Below, one piece after another: positions 51,050 through 63,486 of a DNA stretch of 64,000 nucleotides (position 1 is its first letter; every line of letters starts with the position of its first letter). The stretch spans positions 102,681 through 166,680 of the forward strand of contig NMRA01000395.1 in NCBI GenBank assembly GCA_002633005.1, written 5' to 3'. A model generated the notes under the pieces. The model was not told the DNA's origin and made no database searches. It saw only the letters and a program-made list of their open reading frames with translations. The position numbers and the translations under genes were made by a program. This stretch comes from Phoronis australis (lineage: Eukaryota > Animalia > Phoronida).

Positions 51050-54000
51050 AGAGCGTATCGGAGGACAGTCCGTACTAGGCGATAATGCTTCCTAATAAAA
51101 GAGTCTTTGTTTAGAATTGAGGAGCAGCATCAAATAAAGCATGCTACATCGCAATATCCGAGATGATTTGCCACCAATTTGAGACAATCTGGGTCCACCA
51201 AAAACTGACGAATTTCACTTTATTTTTCTCAATGATCAGAAGTTCACAGAGTAAGACAATAATATTGTAAAATTTATAACGACGTCATTTGTCACGTTGA
51301 TAAGCTTATCTGTTGTTGAAAAAGTTAAGGGCGACGAAATTTGGGGTTGGAACAATTCGTAAAAGCCCGTCTTAATTAGTAAATATGCCTCACCGGGATG
51401 ATGTGGGGAAACAGAAAAAGTGGCTGAAGAAAGTAAGTGTTATGGTAGCTGACGCATCTAATATGAATTGCATCTTTCGCTTGGCGAGGTGCCAGAAAAA
51501 AGTCTTCACGGCCCAAATTAGATCACCCGCAGTTTAAATACATGGGGCTTGCGCGATTCCGGTTCAGGGATGTTACTGGTCCGTTGCTTAGGCAGGTAAC
51601 AACATTGAAAAAATGAAGTAATGAATTTCAAGATAATCGGTAGGGCGCTATATGGAGTCATGGAGTGCAAAGTGTAGCTGTTGACCGAATAAAGATCAAA
51701 GAGAAGGGTATCGCCAGCAGTTTGACATGGTTTCCTCGCACTGCTAAATTTTTGCTGCCCAAAGCGGTGATCGGACGAGTGAGGACTGTAACAGGGCGCA
51801 TATTATATCGACATAAGGTGCACACTGTTGGCGCAAATATGTTGTAGCATTGTACAAAGGGATACTGCCTGTGAAGACTAAATAAATGAATGTGTAGCAC
51901 TTAGCGCCCAAAGGCATGTCATCATGTCGATTAAACATCGAAGTTTTGACCCACCGGTATCGTTGGCTGTTGGTAGGGGGAGAGAGGTGGGTGTCGACAG
52001 GATTAGGAGCGTGAATCAATCGTCACGCCGTAAATGTTTTAAGAATGTTAAACCAGTCTTAAGAATCCAATCACCATCCAATCCGCAGTAGAATCTACAT
52101 GAGGATGTAAGTACATTTTTATCAGGGTATCAATTAGGCGCTTCACCGTAAAATATTAACCCGGGCAGCAACTAACCACAATGGACGATTTACGACCTAA
52201 ATGTATTACACCCTGCCTCTGACGTGGGGTCTATAAATGACATTGTTAGTTCGGGTATTGATAAGTCGACCCCACTGCGTGATGCCACTGTCCTTTCAAT
52301 TAACCCCAAGGGGTGACATTGTGGTGATTCACATGATTGACCATTAATGCAATTACATGAATTATGTGTCACAACAGATTTTCAGGAGTTAGTATGGCGC
52401 CCAATGGGAGCCGACAAAAACAGGCGGATAACAGCTCGGAATTTCTCGAGCTATCTCCGGGGCTGGTACACAAACCAGTAGTGAGTTTGTCCCGATATTG
52501 GTGCAACAGGTATTGTATCCTGCGGCGGGGTTGTTTGGTGGATAAAATTTGACCTTGCTTGCATTTGATCAAAACACGACTTTGCTCATATTTTTGTTCC
52601 TGCATACACAATCGAAACGGGAAAAGACCGTTCACCGGCTGTCCGATCTGGTTTCTAATGGTTTTTGATTAGAATTCGTGATAGCCGAAGGGACTGAGTT
52701 GGTGACACTTCATGTAAGCCTAATCTAAGCTGACAGTATTCGTCCATTGGTCCACTAGGTTGATTCAGTAACTATCACTTACGTTGAATTAATGTTTTCT
52801 TTTCGTATTAAATTTAATTTTTGTAGTATAATCGGCGTGGATTAAATTTTTGTACTAATCTTTTAAAGTGTCCCGCATTTATTGCCAATGGACATTATTT
52901 AGACAAGTATTCGATGTCCTTTAGGGTAAAGAGCGAACCTTTCGAGAACTTTTGACATCTTTGCCTAGCTTTTACAAGTACAGGCCACCAAGATTTCCAT
53001 GCTCGGGGCCTGTTCGGGACAGTCCGCGCGCAATAATCTTCTCGCTTGTGGTACCGCATTCCTCTCCGCCAGTTTTCGAATCTCCGCCAACGTATTTCTA
53101 ATTTGCTAGCGCATGGTCCAAGACTGATCTTGCACATTATTACCTGTGACAAACCCCAAAGCAATTCTATTCCCGCGCATTCCCGGTATTTGCCGATATT
53201 TCGTTTTTTTTCAGCACAATTGTTTCCCAACTATACACGCACTTTCGTTAAATTCTGAAATTTAATATAAACCAAATATTCATATTTCGTAATGTTTGTT
53301 TATACGGTGAAAATGCTTTAGTGTACTTCGTCACTTTGCACCCAACAGTACATGTCGGTTGTCCTCGTCTGTTAACTAGCATTTGGCAACGGGGTAATGA
53401 CGTGCAGGATATGGGCTGTGCGCGAACATACAAATATGTCCACGAGACGCGTAAGTGGTCCGGTAGAGAGACCATGCCTCCGTGCTTCAGGAACAGTGTA
53501 GCGCCAAGAGAAGAGTTTTGCACGCGGGCAGGCCCAGGAGAAAAATTCCGTGTGTGGGCATCAACGCGCATGCCTTGGTCGGAAGTATACCGACCACATC
53601 GCCATCTTTGCGCACCCCTTTATGCACTCCACTTGTTTGGGCTTAAGCTACTGGATCGGGCTTCCCTTGATTTTTCGAGCACTGCCCGTTTTAATAATAT
53701 GCAACTATTCAAGTTAATGGTGGTCGCCAACAGTAAACTGAAAGGGGTTTCACAGATTTCAACTAATGGGAAGGACTGAATATCATGGCGTCAGTTTCAT
53801 TACTAAACCAATGAGAAGCCATGTTAAACAACATCTCACAGCTGTACGGACAACCGTGACCTACGCTTTTGGCGAATTGCATGGCGACTGTGGGGAAAGA
53901 CCACCCACCAAGGATCATAAGCTCCAACCTGTAACATAGGGAGTATGAGATTTTAGTTGGTTCCGTCCTAGAACTTGGAAGGTTGACGCTAATGGTACAA

Positions 54001-54051
54001 AGCAGGTGACAGAACGAGGATTAGTTGAAATCACCAAGTTAGGGTTTAGTA

Positions 54052-54194
54052 CATGGGCGGCGCACCAGGGGGCTGGAGGAGGGGCTATAACCCCCACTGT
54101 TTTCAGTGCTGCGCCGTCCATGGTCAATGGGCGGTGCACCACAGGGGGTTGGGGGCTATAGCCTCCCACTATTTTCAGTGCTGTGCCGCCCATG
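54052..54194. mobile_element. hAT-like MITE (CATGGGCGGCGCA family)
   Basis: TIR CATGGGCGGCGCA / TGTGCCGCCCATG; flanks TAGTA/AAGTA. Internal dimeric structure. Confidence 0.85.
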
Positions 54195-54530
54195 AAGTAG
54201 CCTTTTAAAAGAGCAAAATATCCTGCGGATTTTACTCAAGCATTAAAGAGGAAATTTTAATTACTGAAATAAGCCAAAAAGATGCGTCACGCCGCTGGAT
54301 TCACCTCAAACAAATTACGTGTTTGGTATAAACAATACGGGTGAATAGTCCCCTTAAAGACATGTTATGGATTGCAAAGGAAATTACTGCGAATGTACAT
54401 TTATACACTGTGTCGATTTGGAATTTAAAACAAAATCTACAAAATGTGGCAATTCCATTTAATTGATAATCTCGAATGCCGACAATTATCTTTACAATTT
54501 GTGACTTCTCCAATTATATTCTTAATTCAG

Positions 54531-54690
54531 GTAATGTGCTTGTTGAGATCAACACCGTTGAGAAACAGAAGCTTGAGAAACAACTGCGACTGTTAGATCT
54601 GGAGAAGAAACTTGCCGTAGAAGGGATTTTCAGAAAACAGAGAGACTTCTTTGTCAAGTCAATGTTTGATAAGAAGGATGGTAATCTCAG
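54531..54690 (+). CDS. Uncharacterised coiled-coil/disordered protein, exon B (coiled coil)
   Basis: TTCAG acceptor, GTATGT donor, phase 1-2. (G)NVLVEINTVEKQKLEKQLRLLDLEKKLAVEGIFRKQRDFFVKSMFDKKDGNL(R). Confidence 0.85.
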
Positions 54691-54935
54691 GTATGTAGCA
54701 TGACCTTCGTGTGGTTTCCCCTGTTTCATTTATGGCCGCCACAGCAACTGTAACCCGGACGTTTTGGATATTTTGAGCATTTCCGATACATGCATGTACA
54801 GGAGTAGTCATGTACTTTGACCTGTATGGTGTCAGAAACGTATTTCTTCACAGATCGTATTTACCTTTCCATTAAGCTACGCCATCAAGTTTTCGTGATA
54901 AATTTGAATCAAAATTTGTTTCAACAAGACAAGTG

Positions 54936-55061
54936 CATGGGCGGCGCAGCACTGAAAAAACTGATAAGCTATATCCCCCAGCCCCCTGTGGTGCTCCGCC
55001 CATAGACCATCTGCGTTGCAGCACTGAAAAAGGTGAGGGCTATAGACCCCCTAGCCTCATG
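54936..55061. mobile_element. hAT-like MITE (CATGGGCGGCGCA family), right TIR partly deleted
   Basis: Starts CATGGGCGGCGCAGC, ends ..CATG; TSD AAGTG on both sides. Confidence 0.8.
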
Positions 55062-57337
55062 AAGTGGAATTCCCCGACAGGCGTAGTTGACTGGGCAACT
55101 GAAACCAACTTGCCGTTATAAGCGACTTACTTAATGACAGTACAAGTACTACTTGTCATTTGTAGAGAACGGTTGTATTGTGGCGGGTAAAGAACAGGAC
55201 GAAACTCGCCTCATAACGATATAAGTGGCCAGAATAAAAGGTTGTCTCTAGTTCCAGCACAGTCGGTAAATGCATTCTCTAAATGTTGTTTGTTTCCTAT
55301 TACAAGTGGAAATGACTGTGCGTGCACTTATGTACATGTATCGCGATTAGAAAATAATTCTGTTGACATGACGCCTACGACTGTAGATGGCCAGAGTCAC
55401 AACGAATGACATTGAAAGTCAAACTGCGCTTTAATTGCGGTAAAAGCAAATCCTTCTCATTACTGCTCCACACTCACTTTCGTTGATGCATTATTATGCA
55501 ATTTTATACCTGGAAATATCGACTAAATTGCAGATTGCCATGGATACTCTTAACGAAGCCTCGGTTGCTTGGATACGGACCATCATTTAGCATCGTCGTA
55601 AATATTCCCTTTTCATCCGTTTGGGATCAATCTGATGAGATTTTACAATTTAATAACTTAGCATAAATGAATGCCGCTCTACGTGTATGTAATCAGCCAA
55701 TGGTCTTGAAATTGGCGAGTCATCAAGATCAACTAATTGCGAGACAATTTATAAGCGGGAAATAGATACATGTACATACGTGGTGCGTTTGAGTGAATTG
55801 ATAAATGCATTTTTCACCGCCAGCTCTGCGAGACAACGGGGGACTAGATCAGGTTATTCAGATTCAAACTATTCACGCAATGTTGCTGAAGACAAGTCAT
55901 GAATTATGCAATATTTCAGGGCCACAGTCAGAATCCCTCTTTCATTGTACGTAACTAAATTGAGATCAAACTAAAATGCTTTCAGCTAACTGCCTTTACT
56001 GTGCCGTTAGTGATTGGTTAAGTTACGTTTCAGCTGTACACTTGGACCGGTCTTGCATACTAAAGTAAGCGGTTGCACTTCAAAAGAGCGACTGGGACCG
56101 ATTCATTGGGAAGCGAAAGTGTTCTACGTGGCCCTGCGCTCTGTAGAAAAAGTTCCTTGAAAGAAAAACGAGATCCCGCAAGTCCTTGCGAGATATTGAT
56201 ATGTATTGCACGAGGAGTACGCGTTTACAGTGTTTTACCTTGCGGATGTCGTGTGTCCACGGAAAGCATGCAATTAGCGGTTACATTGTGTGGGCCATAT
56301 TCTTACCGTCGCCTCGTACGAAAGAAACGCTGTCTGTCCTCAGTCCTCAAATGTTAAATTAATAAGAGGAACCTCTCTAAATTAGCATCGCCTAGCGAGC
56401 AACTAATAACCCCTTGTTTGGCACTGAAATATGTAGTGTTGTGAGTGTAGATGATCGTTCCCACAACCGGTGACACTTGTCCTTCCTCAATTTCCAACTG
56501 CTGCTTTATGACCCTAAGTAAGTTGGCAAATTGCGTGGCTCACCCAGGAATGCAGAGAATACTGGCTGTGGTCTACTTTCTGGTTTTAGGTTATAAAAAT
56601 CACATTTCTAGACTATTTTCAACATTCAGAAACTAAACCACGTTAATTTTTCACAAACTATTAAAATATGTTATTTAAAACCATATTGAACATTTAACAA
56701 ATGCTGCTTTTATCTCCTCCAGTGTTTACAACCCAATATAAAGATGCTTTGCACCAGCGCCACCTAGCGACATCCTGCAGAACTATGAACAGTTCCAAAA
56801 CTAAGGATGTAAGAAAACATCACAACTGATACACTTAAAATCAAGTGTGAACATATAAAAATCCCACAAATTTCAAATATTAGGCAGTCGTTAATTGATA
56901 GTGAAATGAACAAATAATAAAAAACTTTGCCTTGTTTCATTAGGGTAACGATGAAATATTACCATACACATTTACATAAAAACAGTCGCGCAAATTGAGC
57001 CTTTCGCGTGATTGTAATGATAACTAGTACTCAGATGGTTTCCAGCACACTGGAGGACCCGGGGTTGTTTGTAAATCAGTACTTCATTTCCGTATTTACA
57101 TTTTAATGAGAAAATGCCTCTTCATTTTCCGGAAAAATTTAGCACCCGCTGAATCGCAATGAATCTTTGATGTTTGCGGCGGATTTTAAGATTAGCTAAC
57201 CGTTCGTGTTGCACAAATCTCGACCGGTGAGGGTAACCACTTAGTATTATTTCCTTGTGTTCCAAAGTGTCAACGAAAGACGCTGCAAATTTTCACAGTG
57301 AGTAGGCAATTCCATCCTACTACCGTTATTTTGATAG

Positions 57338-57545
57338 GTTCTTGAAACACAAGCAGCGACAACTTAAACAGTCAAACTCAGAAGGAAGCTTAGCTGGAAC
57401 AACTCAGTTGACAGAAGTAAACCCTGATGCCCCAAAGAAGCCGGGTAGCACTTCTGATGACACAGCGACTGACATGACTGCAACAGACACGTCCGAAAAC
57501 GGTCTGCAAAGTGCTGAAGAGACTCTTGTGTGCAGCTCAAAGATG
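57338..57545 (+). CDS. Uncharacterised coiled-coil/disordered protein, exon C
   Basis: GATAG acceptor, GTAAGA donor, phase 2-0. FLKHKQRQLKQSNSEGSL..VCSSKM. Confidence 0.85.
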
Positions 57546-57770
57546 GTAAGAGTAAGCTTGAAATGTACTCCCTTAACTCATACTGTAGTGATAGTTCTGT
57601 TTGGAATATTTTCTCTTGCACTTGGAAAATAATATAAGTTTATTTTATTTTGTGTTCGAGTACAAGTTATTGTCAAAATGATTCAACATTGAAGTTCCCG
57701 CTTGCGGATCACCAACAACCATTAACCGACGGCATGTACAGTTAATGTATGCAATTGCATTCCGTTTCAG

Positions 57771-58757
57771 ACTGTAAAGGGTACGCTGCGTAAACAACGT
57801 TCCATCTCTGACGTCCTGTTTTTGAATCAAAGCGAAGAACACAATAATAGAAGTCGAAGTGTGTCATACCCGGTGCCGACTAACAGTAGACTAATAAACC
57901 ACTCTATTGAACAATTCAAAAACTTGCTTTTAAAACGAAAGGCTCGCACAGCTGACGTCACCAAATCCACAGACAGTGTAATGGCAGAAACTGGTGGTGC
58001 AAGTCATGGTTGTGCTGGAACATCCGTCAGTGTCCGTCGTATTCGGTCTTGTTCTTCCAATGAAAGTTCAAAACTTGCTCCAATACCAGACTGTAACAGT
58101 GATGTTGATGACGTGTTTGGGGAAAAAGATTCAAACATCGCGAAAAGACAGGAAGGAACGAGACCAAAGGTGGTTTGCTGGACACTTGATGGTCAGAACG
58201 ACGTCGATGACAGCAAAAACAAGGTTCAAAAATGGTTTGATTTAGTAGCAGATGTTTGCAAAAATAAAGAGCTTTTGAGAAACGAGAAAGACAGTGAAAA
58301 CACTCCAGAAGAACCAAGTACGAGCTCAGAAACACTTCCGGTTGAAAGTTGCCAATTATCGAAAGAAATTGGTAAACCAGTTGTGTCCGGAGAAGAGTGT
58401 TCCAAATTACGAACGCCAGGGGGCGACACCCTCAAAGCAAAACAGGCTTGTTGGTATCGCGCTATAGCTGGCGTGGATAGCGCTACCGGACGACAAATGC
58501 CGACGAGGCACGTCACAGAGGAAGAAACGGAATTACTACTCAGCAGATTAGCCGGAAGCTTACCGACCCATCTGAGATCTAAACAGAGTGAAAGTCTTTT
58601 GGATATGAAATCGGCCCTTGGCTATGATGAAAGAAACAAAAAACTTATAGAAGATGAAAAAAGGGTCATGAGGTCTTCGTTGAACGATGCACGGTTCCAC
58701 AAACTAATGACCTCTCTGTCACCCACCAAAGAACCAAATGCTTCGACCTCTAAGTAA
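57771..58757 (+). CDS. Uncharacterised coiled-coil/disordered protein, terminal exon D
   Basis: TTTCAG acceptor, phase 0, in frame with the 311-aa ORF. Ends SLNDARFHKLMTSLSP..TSK*. AATAAA at 58787 and 58848. Exons A-D total 1551 nt = 516 aa. Confidence 0.88.
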   Translation, partial: TVKGTLRKQRSISDVLFLNQSEEHNNRSRSVSYPVPTNSRLINHSIEQFKNLLLKRKARTADVTKSTDSVMAETGGASHGCAGTSVSVRRIRSCSSNESSKLAPIPDCNSDVDDVFGEKDSNIAKRQEGTRPKVVCWTLDGQNDVDDSKNKVQKWFDLVADVCKNKELLRNEKDSENTPEEPSTSSETLPVESCQLSKEIGKPVVSGEECSKLRTPGGDTLKAKQACWYRAIAGVDSATGRQMPTRHVTEEETELLLSRLAGSLPTHLRSKQSESLLDMKSALGYDERNKKLIEDEKRVMRSSLNDARFHKLMTSLSPTKEPNASTSK

Positions 58758-59980
58758 CAGGTGTTCGCCATTTTTACCGCTCCATGAATAAAAGGAAACG
58801 TTGTGTTAGCAATGGAATTTGTGAACTCGCCACCGAAAACAAATAGCAATAAAACTCGTCTTTTGTCGAAACATGGCGAAGCCTCTCGTAAGTTCCAAAC
58901 TTGCCGGGTGACCCAAGAACATACAGAAGTCAACAATTCCTTCAATAGCTCTGTGTCCTTGCAATGCGCATATCGTATATTAATAAGCTGGCAGTATTCG
59001 GTAAAGATCGCTAGTATTTACATATATTTATACACTTAATTTTCACACTTCATGGCAGACCGTCTAATTTTCGAACTCAGGTTCCAGTCAGTCTTTAAGA
59101 CACGACATATACAAAACGCATGTTTTCGGTGCATTTTCGTAAGTTTTGGTGTCGTGCAATATACATGTAGTTCAATTATGGAATTGAGTTCAGTTTCAAG
59201 ATTCAGAGGGGGCCAGAGTCCCGTTTAATGGTTGTCTCATACATCTATTACTCTTCTACCTGCGCATTGACTTTTGTGAAACACTGTTACAGACATCAAC
59301 ACCATGTTTGTCGAAAATGATATGGCTAATACAACATGTAAATACAACAATCTTTTAATGCGACAGTAAAGCACCCTCCCGTTCAGTAACGGTAGGACCT
59401 CGCTAAACAGCAAGACTTCTCGAGATTACGTAGGGTATTGTCGTGTATTTCAAATGAGAACACGTAATTTTGGCTAGGTTTTAGCCAGGTACTAGCGTAT
59501 GTCTTATCGTTACTGAACACCTGCCAGCATTCAGCCGTCAGCAAACTAACTTTTGTTTTGGACCACTTTCTGTAAGAAAATTAGTTTCAAACAAATCCTA
59601 ATCGTCAGACAAGGAATAGTTTTCGGCTATGGAATGACCGACAGTGCGACAAGGCCGAGGTTTGGGATCGTGCTCGTTGCATATTTTGACACTCCGTGAC
59701 AAGCCAAGTAGGTATTGGGCCGTTCACACGTACTTGCATCTCACACCTTTTCTCTGTCTGACAAAGGCTCAACATTCCAAAAAGATTTTAAGCTTCAGAA
59801 AATTCCTCCTAGTTTTGCAACCTTTCGGCAACAGATGTCAGAGCAAGTTACTTTTAACAACCAGGTTATCGTTTTGCCTGGTGAGTGAATATGGTTGCTT
59901 CCAAGGAACGTGAGTTGGGCAGCTGCAATTCGATTCTGTCCTTCTGTCATCTTATCAGCAAAAATTCACCACTACTTCTT

Positions 59981-60334
59981 CACGGGTGAGAAAACAAAAT
60001 GACCGCCGGTCCTCTTAAATCGGACCGACTCACCTAAAACAGGGCCTCCGGGGATCAAATGGGACCGTCGCACCAGAAAATGGGACTGACGCACCTAAAA
60101 ACATGACCGCCCCACCAGAAAACAGGACCGCCGGGGATTGAAACCGCGGTCATGTTCCGTCCCGGCGGTCCTGTTTTCTGGTGGGGCGGTCATGTTTTTA
60201 GGTGCGTCAGTCCCATTTTCTGGTGCAACGGTCCCATTTTCTGGTGCGACGGTCCCATTTGATCCCCGGAGGTCCTGTTTTGGGTGAGTCAGTCCGATTT
60301 AGAGGACCGGCGGTCATGTTGTTTCTCACCCGTG
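59981..60334. mobile_element. Foldback MITE with CAC...GTG ends and 5-bp TSD (Transib-like)
   Basis: ~165-bp arms beginning CACGGGTGAGAAA; TSD TTCTT on both sides. Internal ~21-bp subrepeats (CGGTCCCATTTTCTGGTGCGA). Confidence 0.85.
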
Positions 60335-63130
60335 TTCTTGGAAAAAACTGTCAAATCTCCTCACAAATGTCAGAGCAAGAGTCAAGGTAGTCAAAACATA
60401 CTCCCACTCATTTTATCAATGGACAACTGCTTAAAACTTAGTGTGTGCAAATTTTAGCAGCATTGGGGTAGCGGAATCAACAAAGGCAACATGAAACAAT
60501 GACATTTCAGTCTCATTTTACGGAATGGCCGTCCCTTTGTGTAGGAAACGTAACAGTACTACATTTTTAGTGCAGAAAGTTACTCTTTTAAGAATCCTTT
60601 AGTGCTTCGTAACAAGCAGCGTGAACAGACTAACAAGGAGAATACCGTCATCAGTTCAGTTGTGTTGTCGGTGTCCTCATGTTTTCTTTAAATTTTCAAT
60701 TGGAAAGGTGGAAATGGGAAAATATAAGCCCTCTTTACAAGGGTGCCCCGGTTATCTTGTGAAATCTTAATCCTGAAATATTTCCTTTGTCAAGTTCCGA
60801 TAGTTACGTTCCGATAGTTACGTAAACGAGTGATACGCAGCAATTGCAATTTGACTCTTAAAGTGGCCTGGAACTGCAAAAACAGACTAATACATTATTC
60901 AAAATGGTTCTCTGTCGATGAAACCGCAAACTGTCATTTTTACGGTTTGTTCGTGAAGGCTTTGAATTAATATTGACGCCAAAGCATTTCTCGTTTTCAC
61001 TGTAGTATCAAATTTGAAAAAAAAATATCAGTCAGATACTCCTCACTACGTAATTTTTTCTCCCACAAAGCAAAACACGTCCTTATTTGGTATGGCAAGA
61101 CGTAAGCGTAGCACAGTTCCATCGTATGGAAAACGTGAGCTTTGACCTTTCATGTCAAAGCAGTGGCGATTTTAAGCAGCCACTCCGGCCTCTCTGGTTC
61201 CCTGCGTGTTGCTAGGTTGTAGAACACACGCAGGTGTCATTTAATTTTCTTCGGGATTTTTTTACACCGACGTTTCTGATTGGCTAGTCGAATTCTCAAC
61301 AGGTAGCGCTTTAGGCAAACAAACTGGCATGACTGAAGTAAATGTGGTCTCTTGTATCTAGGACCAATAAAGTTACTCCCAGGTTGTATAGACAAACCGG
61401 TGCTTAATTCAAGAAATGCGAATCCTAGAAAATTGAGGATGCGCTTTTTCGGAGTGCATTTTTCTACTGTTTCTGACTTTTGTTTACGTTGCTGTCCTGT
61501 ATTCATTGATGAATAAATCCATTTCATCGCTTAAAAACGTTTTTATACATAACCAAGTAATTATATATTTTTAATCAAATACGGAGAAATAGAAAATATA
61601 TATTTTACAATTTTCATTTCATCCCTGAATTATTGACGTTACAAAATAATTAGTTGACTAATTAACTAATGAATCAGCCAATTCATACATGAATGTCCCC
61701 CTTGGTACACTCTTTGTTATTTTTCGTTAATTCGGTAACACACTCTATTTTAAAACCTGTCATGCTTGTAACATTCTAATTCATAAACTAAAGATTTTAT
61801 CATTTGCTTTTGGTTTAATGATATACCATCAAGAGCTCATGAGAGTTTTCTTGATATTACGTTCTTTAATTTGAGTGGCAGTAAGTGTATGACATTCCCA
61901 CTGGCCTAGTTCTAAAATTATCCTTTTATTAATGTTTGTTCTCGGTACATGATTTTGGTATCATATCAGCTGGTGCTTGATCGTGTCGATACATTTCAAG
62001 GAAAATTTTCGAAATTGTTGTTATACGTCTATCTTGCTTTATACGTTACACCTGCCAAATAGGCAGCCTTAAACAAGTACCCACACAGCTGGCTTCCCCA
62101 ATCATCAAATTGCAAGCAGAATGAGGAGATCCTCCGTTTGACAATGTTTGAGGCCATTAGTCCGCAAAATATTACAAAAAAGTAAATGAATTTGTAGTTA
62201 AAAGTTTTCGGAGATAACAAATCAAAACTTACTTCGTATGTACTAAACAAAAATTCTACCTTCGGCCCTATAGTCCGTGGCAAAAACAACACTGGAACAA
62301 ACGAATGCAAACAACTCCCACGCATGTTCGGCGCAACCTCAGCCACTTGTGATCAAAGTTGGTAATCCAGTCCTAGACTACGATGATTGTACAACGGTTT
62401 TGCCTTTCACAACATATTCGGTTTAATTACAAGCGCAGTCCTATTCCACAGAACCACCTATGCTCACTTTTGGAGCGCATTTGAACTTCCGAAAGATTTT
62501 ATTATTAATCCGGTAATTATAACCAGCCATGTTTTCTCAAAGTGCATTTCAGGTCCACTATTAATAATGTTAGTTTGCTTTCGATACAAAGACAAAGCAT
62601 TGAAGTTATAGCAATTACCTTAACTTATCACCGTGGCAACGACTGGCCAGGTATTAAAAAACTATATTGTGTTCACTTCCGTATTCATACAACCCCGCAA
62701 TATTCACAGTCTGGTTATCAGGTCCTGTTTGTCACATTTACTTGCTAAGTTAAAAGAGAAATCTGCAGTCCAACGTCGTCCTGTAGAGCGAAAAAAGCAC
62801 TGCTCTACCACTCCAGTGCTGCATATGTTCATTTCGATAGAGCGTATTCGAGTAATGAATAAAAAACGACACTACATTAATGCGATAATGGAATGGAAAC
62901 TTTTCGAACCACTACCTGCAGTGTGTCCTTTGATATTTGTTTCCGAAGCATTGTCGGTGAGTGGCCGTCATCCTAAATTTTTGTTAGATTGAAAACGCGT
63001 CGTATCTTCCGCTTTGTTTGCAAACAATTTAACAAGGAGTACGCACGTGGATTTTAAGTATGTTTATCTTTAATTAAAATTCCCAAGTAACAAACCTGTG
63101 TGATTTGAACAGGTGTAACGAAATTAACCA

Positions 63131-63137
63131 TATAAAA
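63131..63137 (+). promoter_or_regulatory. TATA box of the secreted-peptide gene
   Basis: TATAAAA 100 bp upstream of ATG 63231, with an Inr-like TTCAGCT ~27-30 bp downstream. Confidence 0.6.
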
Positions 63138-63230
63138 CCACAAGTCATCATTGAAGTTCTTTACGTTTCAGCTATTCCACAACGTACCCATACCAATTGT
63201 TTCTGTGAATTAAAAGAAATATAACCAACA

Positions 63231-63486
63231 ATGAACACACCAGCTCTCAGTGCGCTGTTGCTATTCGTATTTATAGCATCAATAGTGGATGCAAGATATC
63301 TTGCACAAACGGGATCTGTTGAATCGAGCGGAGAGAAAGTATCTGAGTCAGTTGCCTCCAGTGATTCGACCAATGGCGTATCACTCTCTCAAGAGACTGA
63401 CATGAAGCGGTGGGGAGTGCTTCATCGTGTCGACAATCGTCGGGAAAAGCGTGCAAAACAAAGGGTTCACAGGTTTGGCTCTAAAG
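63231..63486 (+). CDS. Secreted prepropeptide (neuropeptide/peptide-hormone-like precursor), first coding exon
   Basis: ACAATG start; signal peptide MNTPALSALLLFVFIASIVDA; acidic Ser-rich spacer; KR-WGVLHRVDN-RR and REKR sites. AAAG|GTGAGT donor (phase 1). The gene probably continues beyond the window. Confidence 0.8.

Noticed and set aside
63440-63486. Assignment of the peptide precursor to RFamide families
   Set aside because: RFG is followed by SK rather than K/R or a dibasic site, so amidation is unsupported from this exon alone.
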